DNA of 59,427 nt, filler included. It is 3 parts of 3 records of this genome, joined end to end, with 100 filler letters (N's around TTAATTAATTAA, not from the genome) between each part and the next. Parts side by side here need not be neighbours in the genome. Positions count along the whole stretch, not along the records: positions 1 to 26,401 come from DRR723986_5315; positions 26,502 to 36,165 come from DRR723986_5322; 1 more part is not named here. One strand, 5' to 3'. Every line of letters begins with the position of its first letter. Positions within the stretch are counted from its first letter, which is position 1. Below are positions 19,128 to 31,155 of the stretch, in pieces. The translations under genes were made by a program, and so were the position numbers. Below the pieces are notes generated by a model. That model made no database searches, was not told the DNA's origin, and was given only the letters and a program-made list of their open reading frames with translations.

Positions 19128-20303
19128 CTAGTCAATAATATCGAATGTTAATCCAGCATTTGCAATCAAACGCTTGATCAAATGATCACCCATCGCGGGT
19201 GCGGTTGTCCAAATGCCGCCACCAGTTTCCAAGTTATCTTGAACCAGGCAAACGGCGCTTTCCGCAATCATTTTAGACGTCGAGCCATACCCTGGATCCT
19301 TATCGCCCGTTACTGCTGCTTTAATGATGTTGTCGCCGTCGTTACCAACAAACAAAACATCATAAAAGCCAGCTTCTCGTTCTTCTCTGCTAGGGCCTTC
19401 ACCTGGTTTTGGGCCGCCCTCTTTTGACATGCTGTCATCGTTAGCCACAGCGTTGGCAATAGCTTCGCCTTTTTCACCGGGCCCAGTAATGAACATCTCG
19501 TCATAAACAAAATCTTTGCCGTAAGAATAGCCAGAAATGTAGTTTGACCGCAGAACGTTACGTGTATTGATAGGTGCCATAATAAAAGGTGCGCACCAAC
19601 TTTCGATCACGTCATCATAAATAGGCTTTGTGCCACGGGGCTGTTCTGGGCCCTCAGCACCAGGCGCAAGCGAAAATGGGTCGCGCAATAAGTCAAGAAT
19701 GGCCGGGTCTTTAGCCGCCGCAACCATCGTTGCTTTCAAGCTGGCGGCTGTTCCGCCGGAGAAAGTTCCTTGCATTTTACGCACTCTGCCGCGAACACGA
19801 GGCATGGCTTTCCCAAATTTTTCACGTGAAGCTGATTGTAAAAAATGAACACCTAAATCAAATGGAATACTGTCAAAACCACAAGAGAAGACAATGCGTG
19901 CACCCGATTTTTTTGCGGTTTCTTCATGGGCATCAATCATTTGCCGCATCCATGGCGGCTCACCGCAAAGGTCAACATAATCAGTGCCAGCTTTAGCGCA
20001 GGTTGCTACCAAATCTGAACCGTAAAGCTGGTACGGTCCAACAGTAGTTAAGACAACTTTTGTTGACGCAACCATTGTTTGGATAGAATCAGGGTCATCG
20101 GCATCTGCAATAACAAGCGGGGTATTGGCCGGCGCACCAATTTCTTCGCGCACAGCTGCTAATTTCTCTGCACTACGTCCTGCCATGGCCCAGCGTAACT
20201 CTGAACCTACGCCGTATTGTTTGGCAAGATACTCCGCAACTAAACGTCCAGTGAAGCCACTGGCCCCGTAGACAACAACGTCGTATGTTTTTTCCATGGT
20301 CAT
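19128..20303 (-). CDS. Saccharopine dehydrogenase-like / trans-acting enoyl reductase family oxidoreductase
   Basis: YGASGFTG, TTVGPY, YVDLCGE, CGFDSIPFDLG, DPGYGSTS. Confidence 0.9.
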   Translation of the reverse strand: MTMEKTYDVVVYGASGFTGRLVAEYLAKQYGVGSELRWAMAGRSAEKLAAVREEIGAPANTPLVIADADDPDSIQTMVASTKVVLTTVGPYQLYGSDLVATCAKAGTDYVDLCGEPPWMRQMIDAHEETAKKSGARIVFSCGFDSIPFDLGVHFLQSASREKFGKAMPRVRGRVRKMQGTFSGGTAASLKATMVAAAKDPAILDLLRDPFSLAPGAEGPEQPRGTKPIYDDVIESWCAPFIMAPINTRNVLRSNYISGYSYGKDFVYDEMFITGPGEKGEAIANAVANDDSMSKEGGPKPGEGPSREEREAGFYDVLFVGNDGDNIIKAAVTGDKDPGYGSTSKMIAESAVCLVQDNLETGGGIWTTAPAMGDHLIKRLIANAGLTFDIID

Positions 20304-20414
20304 CAGGTGCTCCCATTTTATTGATACCTAATTTAACAATTAGGTTAGATATAGGGCGCAATCATGAAATGGCGACCTCATATCTTGTTTAATAGATATT
20401 AGATTGTGCTCAGG

Positions 20415-21212
20415 CTAAAAAGCATACCCAATTGCCAAGAATGACGAAAATGCTGCGCGCCTGTCTACAATCGGGCTATCAACAATTGAATCGCCAAAAA
20501 CAGTCAAGGACGTTGATCCAATGAGTGTTACTTTGTTCGATAGCCTGTACATTGCGGTTACTGATGCATTGCCTTGTAAACTATTGTCAGCATCATAAAG
20601 AGGCCGAGTAAGCCCTGCATCAACTGGCTGCACGCCATACAGATAGTTAGTTAGCGTACTGTCAGACCATTGAAGCCGTACGGACGGAGACAACGATAAT
20701 TTACGATTGATACGATACGGCCTGCTCACACCAGCAAATGCCCGCCATCCGCCACTGGCGAACCCTAATTCGCGCTGCACAGTTCCTGTCAAAACAAATT
20801 GCGCTACATTAACATCCAATGAAACACCACCGTATATGGGTAGATCCAATCGGCTCATATCATCTAGCGCATCAACCTGATTTCGGTTTTGCTCATTCAC
20901 ACCCACTTCTGTAACGAGCGATAGCCGGTAATTCCTATTTTTAATTACTTCAAACCCAACACCCGCTTGGTTCGAATAGAACCTACCTTGCTTAAAGTTT
21001 ATGAAAGGAAAAGGGTTAACCTGTACAGAGCCGCCTTGAAACTCAACTTGACCACCAGCAGCAGCAACGCCCACAGCAAAGAAATCTGGCGGGCCGCTTG
21101 GTCGTCCTGCAGGTTGTTGGTTTTGAGGCGCGCTTTGTGCGTTTGATATCGCTGAAAGACTTAGCTGTAAAGTTGTTATTATGGTGAGAAGGATTGATAT
21201 TTTCACTGACAC
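20415..21212 (-). CDS. MipA/OmpV family outer-membrane protein
   Basis: Signal peptide, beta-strand pattern, YLYGV, IVDSPIVD, terminal GYAF. Confidence 0.85.
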   Translation of the reverse strand: MSVKISILLTIITTLQLSLSAISNAQSAPQNQQPAGRPSGPPDFFAVGVAAAGGQVEFQGGSVQVNPFPFINFKQGRFYSNQAGVGFEVIKNRNYRLSLVTEVGVNEQNRNQVDALDDMSRLDLPIYGGVSLDVNVAQFVLTGTVQRELGFASGGWRAFAGVSRPYRINRKLSLSPSVRLQWSDSTLTNYLYGVQPVDAGLTRPLYDADNSLQGNASVTAMYRLSNKVTLIGSTSLTVFGDSIVDSPIVDRRAAFSSFLAIGYAF

Positions 21213-21302
21213 TACTCTATTTATACAATGGGCGTCTTTCTACGCGCCACAATCGTTAATAGATCAATGAAAGTAATTCTCTTAGTATCTATATATAAAG
21301 GC

Positions 21303-22172
21303 TTATTCTGACCGGCTCTCAAGGATTTTAGCTACTTGCATGTAATCTCTTGGTGAATCAACATCAATAGCGGCCTCGGCATAAGGCAATTTGATGGCAA
21401 CCCCTTTGACGCCCAGCACTTTTGAAGCTCGCTCAAAGGCGCTTTTGACTGTAAAACGGCGCAACATAAGCCCAAGAAGATTTATAAAGCCAAATGCCTT
21501 AAAAAGTTTCCAGGGGCTTTTTCGCTCGTTTTCAACATTTTTCCAAAACTCCAGAACCTTCACGCTGTCCTGCGTCATCACGGCAAATAGGTTAGCACCG
21601 GAAAGCTTAGTGTCACGGAACGGTAAATATGTTCGCTTAGATTCCGGGTGCATAGCTTTTATATATTTTTCTTCAACGAACCCTGCTCCAAAACCATCTA
21701 GTTTTTCAGCTTCACGGCAAAAATAATCAACCACTTCAGGTAGAAGCAGAGCATGGTCAGCGGTCGTAACCAAATAGGGAAATTGACTTCCTGTTTCCTC
21801 TATTGCCTTGATTATGCTCTGGCAAATTGACTTTGCAGTTGCCACAACCTTTACATTGGCAGCATCTAATTCATCTTTAAGCTTTCCACATGAGGCAAAG
21901 AGTTCTTCCTCCCCATCAAAAACAACATGAATGTCACCAACCGAGGGGGATGCTCTCAATGCATCAACGGCATAAGCAATCATGGGGCGCCCCATAAGGG
22001 GGACCAAAGCCTTATATTTGTGGCCAAAGACAGACGCAACGGGGTCATTTCCATTACGTTTTCCTGCAAGAACGATCGCTGTGAACAAAATGCTTGATCC
22101 GTTTTGTGCAAGCTTCGGTTTGGTATCTGATTGGTCACGAAGCTTAGTATTCTGTGGTGAGTTTAGTGTCAT
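21303..22172 (-). CDS. Nucleotidyltransferase (MobA-like NTP transferase), CpgD-like
   Basis: AIVLAGKR..DP, KALVPL.GRPM, TTADHALL, RTYL.F...SGANLF, AAIDVD. Confidence 0.8.
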   Translation of the reverse strand: MTLNSPQNTKLRDQSDTKPKLAQNGSSILFTAIVLAGKRNGNDPVASVFGHKYKALVPLMGRPMIAYAVDALRASPSVGDIHVVFDGEEELFASCGKLKDELDAANVKVVATAKSICQSIIKAIEETGSQFPYLVTTADHALLLPEVVDYFCREAEKLDGFGAGFVEEKYIKAMHPESKRTYLPFRDTKLSGANLFAVMTQDSVKVLEFWKNVENERKSPWKLFKAFGFINLLGLMLRRFTVKSAFERASKVLGVKGVAIKLPYAEAAIDVDSPRDYMQVAKILESRSE

Positions 22173-22252
22173 TCAAATTAGCTTTCAAAGGATAATAGCT
22201 AGTAGCAGCTTTTACCCGCTATTGCTCGTTCTAAATCTGGTTTCACCCTATA

Positions 22253-22900
22253 TTACTCAGGCGTTTTCTTAGAGGCTCTTTCATAACCGTTTTTGCAAAA
22301 GCAAAGCCAAAAACATGCAATTAACCAGGCCCCAATAATATCTGTAGGCCAATGAACACCTAGGTAAACACGGCTAATTCCATTTACTAAAATGATGGCA
22401 CAAGTTATTAAAATTACTAATATATTTATATTAATAGAATCTGATTTTTTGAAAATCAGATAAGCAATTAGACTATACACAACCGCTGAACGAAGCGTAT
22501 GACCGCTCGGAAAACTTGCGCTTGATGCTGTAACAATCTGCTCTACAACCTCGGGACGTTCTCTTCCAAACGCCCATTTAGAAACCGCAGTAATGATAAA
22601 TGAACCACTTGCGCTAGCGAGAAACCAGTAAGCTGCCACCTTTTCTTTACGGGCAATTAGCACAGCAACAGCAATAATTGTAATAATGGCTAAAACAATT
22701 GAGTCTCCAAGATGTGTAAGTGTTGAGACAAGTAATTGTGCGAAATCATCAACTACAACCGTGGGGGAATTACCTCTAAGGAACAAGACGCCCTTTTCAT
22801 CAAGCGTAGATGTGTAACCAAGCATCACCAAAGCCGATAAAATGGCAAATGCTACTCCAAAAAATATGAGAAGAAGCAACGCATTACGTGATAAAAACAT
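22253..22900 (-). CDS. PAP2 family phosphatase
   Basis: KWAFGRERP, SFPSGH, SRVYLGVHWPTD. Confidence 0.93.
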   Translation of the reverse strand: MFLSRNALLLLIFFGVAFAILSALVMLGYTSTLDEKGVLFLRGNSPTVVVDDFAQLLVSTLTHLGDSIVLAIITIIAVAVLIARKEKVAAYWFLASASGSFIITAVSKWAFGRERPEVVEQIVTASSASFPSGHTLRSAVVYSLIAYLIFKKSDSININILVILITCAIILVNGISRVYLGVHWPTDIIGAWLIACFWLCFCKNGYERASKKTPE

Positions 22901-22959
22901 TAGTCACCTACGACGGTTAGCATAAACGCTTATAATTCCACAACCTAGTCTTGAAACGG

Positions 22960-23907
22960 CTAATTTGCCAGCTTTTGTTGGGTATATATAAATAAATTTG
23001 GATTGCGAATTTCTTTTTGAACAGCCCAAAACCGGTCTGTGGCAATGATATCTGCACCTAATGTGACAATGTCTTGGTATGAAATTTCTGTAATCTTATC
23101 TCTAATTTGGCCGTCGATTGCTGATGCCCCTTGTCCCAAAGTTCCGACAATAGTACGCCAGCCTCGTTGATGAAGTTTCGAGTAAAATGCATTATCCAGT
23201 AGTCTTGTTCCAGTCCATGCAACAACCAAGTTGCTCGGAATTCCACTTCCATCAAGTTTTTCAATGTCTTGTTCGTTATAAATACCAATAGAAATAGGCA
23301 TGTTAGGCGCAATTTGATAAAATGCTTTCGCTTGTTTCATCGAATAGGCAATCGAAACACTATAGTCATCTGCTCCAGCTTCCCGAACTAAAGCTGCAAC
23401 TTTTTTAAAGTCAGTCCCACGTTTAATATCAAGGGTAAGGATTGTACGTCCAACAGCCCAATTTAATGCGGCCTTTAGCGTTGGAATGCGAAATGATGTC
23501 AATTTACCCTCATTGTCTTTAAGGTATAAATTTTGAACCTCAGATAGAGTTTTATCCCTGAATGGGCCGCTGCCCGAAGTCGTTCTATCTAAAGTATCGT
23601 CGTGCATTAGAATTAATGTGCCGTCTTTTAATTGAGCGACATCAACCTCCATAAGGCCATAGCCATAAGCAAGAGCATTATCCATTGCTTCCAGTGAATT
23701 TTCTGGAAAGCCAGGCACAGGGCCACCGCGATGATGGCTAATCATAGGAACTGCGACTTTAGGGCGTTGCATGAACGATGGCAGGCCACCAGTTGGTATC
23801 TTTAAATAATATCTAACATTTGGATTATTTGGCGGCGGAACGTCCTCAGCGATGCCCTTAAATGTGAAACCAAACAAGACAAAAAAGGTTATCAACATTT
23901 TGGACAT
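22960..23907 (-). CDS. Glycerophosphodiester phosphodiesterase, secreted
   Basis: HRGG..PENSL, EVDV, HDDTLDRTT, IIATD; signal peptide. Confidence 0.92.
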   Translation of the reverse strand: MSKMLITFFVLFGFTFKGIAEDVPPPNNPNVRYYLKIPTGGLPSFMQRPKVAVPMISHHRGGPVPGFPENSLEAMDNALAYGYGLMEVDVAQLKDGTLILMHDDTLDRTTSGSGPFRDKTLSEVQNLYLKDNEGKLTSFRIPTLKAALNWAVGRTILTLDIKRGTDFKKVAALVREAGADDYSVSIAYSMKQAKAFYQIAPNMPISIGIYNEQDIEKLDGSGIPSNLVVAWTGTRLLDNAFYSKLHQRGWRTIVGTLGQGASAIDGQIRDKITEISYQDIVTLGADIIATDRFWAVQKEIRNPNLFIYTQQKLAN

Positions 23908-23990
23908 TTTATTTGGCTCCTTGACGAGTATAAAAGCTAAGATAATACCAATTAGATATATTTAACACATTGCGAGTGAGTGTTTACCTG

Positions 23991-24794
23991 ATGCAAGAAC
24001 ATTATTCGATGCAAGACCTTTTAGATATCATGCAAAAATTACGTGACCCTGAAACTGGCTGCCCTTGGGACATTCAGCAAACTTTTGCTTCAATTGCGCC
24101 ATATACAATTGAGGAAGCTTACGAAGTTGACGACGCAATACGTGCTAATGATATGACTGCTTTGAGAGATGAGCTTGGGGATTTGCTGTTACAAACCGTA
24201 TTTCATGCAAGAATTGCAGAAGAGAGCCATAAATTTAGCTTCGATGACGTTGTTACATCTATTTGCCAAAAAATGGTAAGGCGCCACCCTCATGTATTCG
24301 ATGGCGCTAGCATTAAAGATGCTGAGACTCAAACAAATGCATGGGAACAGCAAAAGGAAGAGGAAAGGCAAAAGCTGGCCGCTGAAAGCGGTCTGTTGCC
24401 CTCGGCATTAGATGGTGTTGCTGCCGCCCTACCCGCTTTATTGCGGGCAGTCAAATTACAAAAGCGTGCTGCAAGAGTTGGGTTCGATTGGCCTACTACT
24501 GAGCAGGTATTAAGTAAGATTCAGGAAGAATGCGCTGAGTTAGTGGATGCTAATAATAAATCAGACAACCAAGCGCATATAGAAGAAGAGTTTGGGGACC
24601 TGATGTTTGTAATGGCAAACTTGGCTAGGCATTTAAAAATAGACCCCGAACAAGCACTTCGATCAGCCAATGCCAAATTTGAAAGGCGTTTCAAGGGTGT
24701 GGAATGTAAAATCCAATCCAAAGGCAAAACAATGCGTCAGACCACGCTTGAGGAAATGGACGCTCAGTGGGAATTAGTTAAACAAGAGGAATAA
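23991..24794 (+). CDS. mazG: Nucleoside triphosphate pyrophosphohydrolase
   Basis: LRDPETGCPWD, EEAYEV, DELGDLLLQ, RRHPHVF, EEEFGDLMF. Confidence 0.96.
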   Translation: MQEHYSMQDLLDIMQKLRDPETGCPWDIQQTFASIAPYTIEEAYEVDDAIRANDMTALRDELGDLLLQTVFHARIAEESHKFSFDDVVTSICQKMVRRHPHVFDGASIKDAETQTNAWEQQKEEERQKLAAESGLLPSALDGVAAALPALLRAVKLQKRAARVGFDWPTTEQVLSKIQEECAELVDANNKSDNQAHIEEEFGDLMFVMANLARHLKIDPEQALRSANAKFERRFKGVECKIQSKGKTMRQTTLEEMDAQWELVKQEE

Positions 24795-24814
24795 TACTGC
24801 CTTCATGCAATGAT

Positions 24815-26227
24815 TTAGTCATTAGCGTAGGCAGTTCCTTTGCTGTATTTCCCCCAAGCAATAGGGTCAACGCTAAAACAGTAGCGTGTACCTTCATCGG
24901 TATATTCGGTGTCATGTATTTTACTATTGGCGTGTAACCACGCAGGCGTTTGCCCATCATCAAAAGGTACAAGAATTTCAACACTAAGGTCTTTTAACCC
25001 CAATGCCGTGTCTAGGGCTGCGATGAAAAGATCACAGCCATCACCATTTATTCCTGAAACTGGAATTGTCGTATTGTTTCTTAAGGCAGCTGTGCGCCAT
25101 TGATCCACCTCAGCTTTTGGCACCAGGTCACACTTGTTCATAGCCTCTAGGACCGGCGTTGCATCGTTATCGGCCTCTAGATCATAGTTAAGGTCTACAC
25201 CGAGTTCCGCAAGGACGTTTTCCACGTCGCGCTTCTGAATGTCAGTGTCAGGGTGTGAGGCATCACGAACATGCACAACCAAGTCAGCCTCCAGCACTTC
25301 TTCAAGAGTAGCCCTAAAGGCAGCCACTAAACTCGTTGGTAGCTCTGAAATAAAGCCAACCGTATCTGACATGATAATTTTGCGGCCACTTGGCAGCGAT
25401 ATAGACCGCATTGTGGGGTCAAGGGTTGCAAATAGCATGTCTTCTGCAAGTACATCTGCATCGGTTAGCCTATTGAATAGTGTTGATTTTCCAGCATTTG
25501 TATACCCAACCAGTGCCACGATCGGATAGGGTGTTTTCTGGCGCTGTGCCCTATGCAAATTGCGCGTTCGGGTTACGGTAGATAGTTGCCGTTTAATACG
25601 CGTAATTCGGTCAGCAATGATACGACGATCGGCTTCAATCTGAGTTTCACCGGGGCCGCCTAAAAAGCCAGACCCGCCGCGTTGACGCTCTAAGTGGGTC
25701 CATGACCTTACCAAACGACTTCTTTGGTACACTAAATGCGCTAATTCAACCTGAAGTTCACCCTCTTTTGTGCTGGCACGGTCACCGAAAATTTCAAGAA
25801 TAAGTGCTGTTCTATCAATCACCTTAACCTTAAGTTCGCGCTCAAGGTTCCGTTGCTGGATGGGGCTAAGTTCGCAATCAAAAACGATCAGATCTATTTT
25901 TTCAGATTTGGAAAAGCTTTTAAGGTCCAATAGTTTACCGGAGCCAAGATAGGTTGATGGCTTAATCGCCCGAAGACCCGCAATTTCACCTCCAACTAAT
26001 TCAATATCAATTGCTTCTGCGAGACCCATTGCTTCATCAAGTCGTGCCTCTGGGGACCGAACTAACGAATCTGGCGCATTTATCTTTAGGTATGGATGGA
26101 GAACAAAAACCCGTTGTCGAACGGTTTGCTTCTGTAAATAAGCTAGGCCGTCTGTAGACCAACCACCACCGGCAGCATTGGCTCGATCATCTGTCCCGTC
26201 TGCTGCTGCATCATTATTAGCAGTCAA
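24815..26227 (-). CDS. hflX: Ribosome-splitting GTPase HflX
   Basis: GPGETQIEADRR, GYTNAGKST, LFATLDPT, DTVGF, NKCD; downstream of hfq. Confidence 0.97.
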   Translation of the reverse strand: MTANNDAAADGTDDRANAAGGGWSTDGLAYLQKQTVRQRVFVLHPYLKINAPDSLVRSPEARLDEAMGLAEAIDIELVGGEIAGLRAIKPSTYLGSGKLLDLKSFSKSEKIDLIVFDCELSPIQQRNLERELKVKVIDRTALILEIFGDRASTKEGELQVELAHLVYQRSRLVRSWTHLERQRGGSGFLGGPGETQIEADRRIIADRITRIKRQLSTVTRTRNLHRAQRQKTPYPIVALVGYTNAGKSTLFNRLTDADVLAEDMLFATLDPTMRSISLPSGRKIIMSDTVGFISELPTSLVAAFRATLEEVLEADLVVHVRDASHPDTDIQKRDVENVLAELGVDLNYDLEADNDATPVLEAMNKCDLVPKAEVDQWRTAALRNNTTIPVSGINGDGCDLFIAALDTALGLKDLSVEILVPFDDGQTPAWLHANSKIHDTEYTDEGTRYCFSVDPIAWGKYSKGTAYAND

Positions 26228-26228
26228 C

Positions 26229-26401
26229 TTAGTCTTCTAAGCCTTCTTTTTCAGGTTCAAACAGTTGAACCGGACCAGATGGCATGACCGTTGAGATAGC
26301 ATGTTTGTATACAAGCTGCGAATGCCCGTCCCGGCGAAGTAAAACACAGAAGTTATCGAACCATGTGATTACACCCTGAAGCTTAACACCATTAACTAAA
26401 A
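26229..26401 (-). CDS. hfq: RNA chaperone Hfq, 5'-truncated by contig end
   Basis: Manual translation [40 protein letters not shown]...GLED*; not in ORF track. Confidence 0.96.
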
Positions 26402-26501
26402 NNNNNNNNNNNNNNNNNNNNNNNNNNNNNNNNNNNNNNNNNNNNTTAATTAATTAANNNNNNNNNNNNNNNNNNNNNNNNNNNNNNNNNNNNNNNNNNN
26501 N
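26402..26501. other. Artificial contig spacer
   Basis: 44 N + TTAATTAATTAA (six-frame stop linker, 26446-26457) + 44 N; sharp composition change across it. Confidence 0.98.
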
Positions 26502-26702
26502 CCGGCCATCCATCATTTCAGGAAACCCGGTCACATCGGCAACATCACGCACAGCCAGCCCCGCATCTCGCAGGGTTTTGGCCGAACCGCCCGTAGACAG
26601 CAATTCGACACCCCGGGCCGCCAGGGCCTGTGCCAGCTCTATCAGGCCAGTTTTATCGGATACAGAAAGCAGGGCACGGCGGATCGGGTGCAAATCGGTC
26701 AT
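26502..26702 (-). CDS. purH: Bifunctional AICAR transformylase/IMP cyclohydrolase, 5' part only
   Basis: [30 protein letters not shown]. Confidence 0.96.
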
Positions 26703-26719
26703 TTTATGTTGGGCTCCGG

Positions 26720-28492
26720 TCAGTCAGTCGTCAGGTCCATCTCGTCCCGGTGCAAATCACGTATCGACATGGGCGTTTCATGCGCCTTGGCCAGCGACCA
26801 CCGGATGCGGGTCGCATAATCTATCGCGCGGGCAGATAAAACGACTTGTTTGGTCGCACGGGGCTGAATCCGGCCTTTTTCCAAATAAACCGACGGATCG
26901 AGCCGCATTTGCGCATGGCCATCATGGCGCAGCACCCAAATCTCGCCGCTTTTCAGCGCCATGCTTATGGCCTGCCCTGCCATATCAAGGCTGGCATCAA
27001 CATCGGGGTGCAGATGAAACCGTATGTCAAAGCCAAGCCCCTGCAATTTGGTGTTTTCCAGCATCGCATCAAAGCGGCGCTTGTCGGCCTCTTCAATCGC
27101 CAGCAGCATATCTTCGCCCTGCAGCTCGCGCCCGTCTAGCGACAGCTGCAGCTGCCGCGCATGGGTAAGCCCATGGGTGCGCACATAGCCGTTGTGCCCC
27201 CCCTCAAACCGCAGCGCCTGCTCGGTGCGGCCCAGTTCAATGGGCACGGCGGTGGGCCGATCAACCAGCCGTTCCCCCCGCGCGCCACGCCGCCCCAGCC
27301 GGGCGCTGGAAAACCCCTCGATCGCCAGGGCGGAATGGCTGGCAGTGGCGCGCCCCGCCCGCCGCCATTCCACGCCAAATGTCACGCCAGAGCCGCAATT
27401 CACCACCAAGGGCCTGCGCCCCGATGTCAGCTCGAACGCCAAAGTCGAGGCATGCGCCCCCATCGATGCAGCCCCCTGTGGGGGCGGGGCGGCATCGATG
27501 ATCAGGCTGGTGCGGCCCGCGGTTTGGCGCACAAAGCCCATCGATAGCCCCTCGGGGTGCAGCCCGCGCACCCCTGCGGCCGCCAAGGCCTGATCTAACC
27601 GCCCCTCGGGCCCGCGCCCGCCCCCATGAAACCGCGCCAACCCGCCATCGGCATGGCGCAAACTGCGCAGCGTGGGGGCGATACGCTCGATCGCGCTGCG
27701 ATGGGCCTGGCCGATGGGTAGCTGGGCCTCGTGCAGGGCGGTTGCGGCCCATGTCAGCAGGGTAAAGACCTCTAGCAGCTCTTCTGGGTTGCGGGTGGGG
27801 ATCCCGCCATCGCTATCGATTTGCTGGGCGCATTCCCGCGCCAGCGCCTGACAGGCAGGCGCCACATGCCGGCCCATGCCCTGCAACGAAAGCCCTGCAT
27901 AAATCAGGCCTGTCAGCGCCTCGAACCGGGGCAGGCCAGGGGCTGCGGCGTGCCAGCGCCGCGCCAGAAAATGGGCCTGCTGCGCCAAGCTGCGGTAAAA
28001 CAACGTGCTTTCCTGTGCCTCTTGGGCGCGCAGCACGAATAGGGCGTGATGGATCCAGCGGATCAGCCGCCGACCGGCCAAATCCGGGCTCCAGCCGGCG
28101 CCCCGCCCGCGGCCATCGCGGGCGATCCATTGCCACAGCCATGCCTGCGCGGCCAAACGCGCCGGGGTATCGCCAACGGCTGCCAGATCATCGAGCCAGG
28201 CAAAGCCCTGCAATTCTTCCTCAAAGGCCTCATCGGGCGGGGTGATATCCCACAGCCCCTGCTGGGCGCCAGCCTGGGCATCGGGCTGGGTATCGGGCTG
28301 GGCCTGCACCAAATGCCCGGCAAACATGAAATTGCCGGCCAGCAATTGCCGCCCCCGCGCCACGCTGCCCACGGTGCGCGGTTCAGGCTGGCTGACAAAG
28401 CCTGTGGCGGGCCGCGCCAAGGTGCTGCGCCACGCCTGAACCCGGTTCATCAACCGCACCCATCGTGCCAAAAAACTGTCAGGCTGCGCCAT
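26720..28492 (-). CDS. Heparinase II/III-like family protein
   Basis: [46 protein letters not shown]; upstream of purH as in many Alphaproteobacteria. Confidence 0.88.
   Translation of the reverse strand: MAQPDSFLARWVRLMNRVQAWRSTLARPATGFVSQPEPRTVGSVARGRQLLAGNFMFAGHLVQAQPDTQPDAQAGAQQGLWDITPPDEAFEEELQGFAWLDDLAAVGDTPARLAAQAWLWQWIARDGRGRGAGWSPDLAGRRLIRWIHHALFVLRAQEAQESTLFYRSLAQQAHFLARRWHAAAPGLPRFEALTGLIYAGLSLQGMGRHVAPACQALARECAQQIDSDGGIPTRNPEELLEVFTLLTWAATALHEAQLPIGQAHRSAIERIAPTLRSLRHADGGLARFHGGGRGPEGRLDQALAAAGVRGLHPEGLSMGFVRQTAGRTSLIIDAAPPPQGAASMGAHASTLAFELTSGRRPLVVNCGSGVTFGVEWRRAGRATASHSALAIEGFSSARLGRRGARGERLVDRPTAVPIELGRTEQALRFEGGHNGYVRTHGLTHARQLQLSLDGRELQGEDMLLAIEEADKRRFDAMLENTKLQGLGFDIRFHLHPDVDASLDMAGQAISMALKSGEIWVLRHDGHAQMRLDPSVYLEKGRIQPRATKQVVLSARAIDYATRIRWSLAKAHETPMSIRDLHRDEMDLTTD
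28274..28303. repeat. In-frame 12-bp tandem repeat (2.5 copies) in heparinase-like gene
   Basis: CTGGGCATCGGG CTGGGTATCGGG CTGGGC, encoding the QPDT/QPDA linker. Confidence 0.7.
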
Positions 28493-28607
28493 TCACCTGC
28501 CTTCTTCGCGTGTCCCCCGGTGAAAATAGATTAGCCAAGCAACAATTCCTTGTCACGGCAAACCTGACCTTTCGCAGGGGCCACCCTACCCAAAAGCACG
28601 AGCAATA

Positions 28608-30704
<2,097 letters not shown>

Positions 30705-30765
30705 TTAGGATGTGACCAAGGCGGCAGGTTTGTCACCCCCAAACGCCGCGTAACGCGCGCGGGCC

Positions 30766-31146
30766 TTAGGCCGTTTCGGCGCAATGGCGGCGAAAGGCAC
30801 GTTTAAGCATATCCAGCTCGGCGCGCAGCAGGCCAATTTCGGCACGGATATCATCGGCCAGGGCATCCCCGGCCAAAATGGCAAAGCTTTCCAGCGTTTC
30901 GCCTGTGTCGGGGTTAGAGATGACAAAGCTTTGCAACCCATCCGAGATCAGCTGCGCGGGGATCGGCACCCGCACCACCCAATGGTTTTCGGCGCGGTTT
31001 TCCACCACCTCAACCCCGGCCAAGGCCGTGCCTTGGTGGGTTACGGCAATGGCGGGGGGCTTGCTGGCGGCGGTGTCAGACAGGGTTAACACCCCATGCC
31101 ACACCCCTTCGACCAAACGCGTTTTCGTTAGCTGCAGTTTGCTCAT
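30766..31146 (-). CDS. Conserved hypothetical protein (Rhodobacteraceae type)
   Basis: GVWHGVL...ISDGLQSFVI...LLRAELDMLKRAFRRHC; co-directional with DUF6478 gene, GGAG RBS. Confidence 0.75.
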   Translation of the reverse strand: MSKLQLTKTRLVEGVWHGVLTLSDTAASKPPAIAVTHQGTALAGVEVVENRAENHWVVRVPIPAQLISDGLQSFVISNPDTGETLESFAILAGDALADDIRAEIGLLRAELDMLKRAFRRHCAETA

Positions 31147-31155
31147 ACCACGCTC

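Noticed and set aside
23991-24794. mazG as an anti-phage or toxin-antitoxin component
   Set aside because: Two-domain housekeeping MazG in its usual position next to hflX-hfq; no toxin or defence partner adjacent.
26446-26457. TTAATTAATTAA repeat (also 36210-36221) as a biological repeat or att site
   Set aside because: Embedded symmetrically in N runs; it is a standard artificial six-frame-stop linker.
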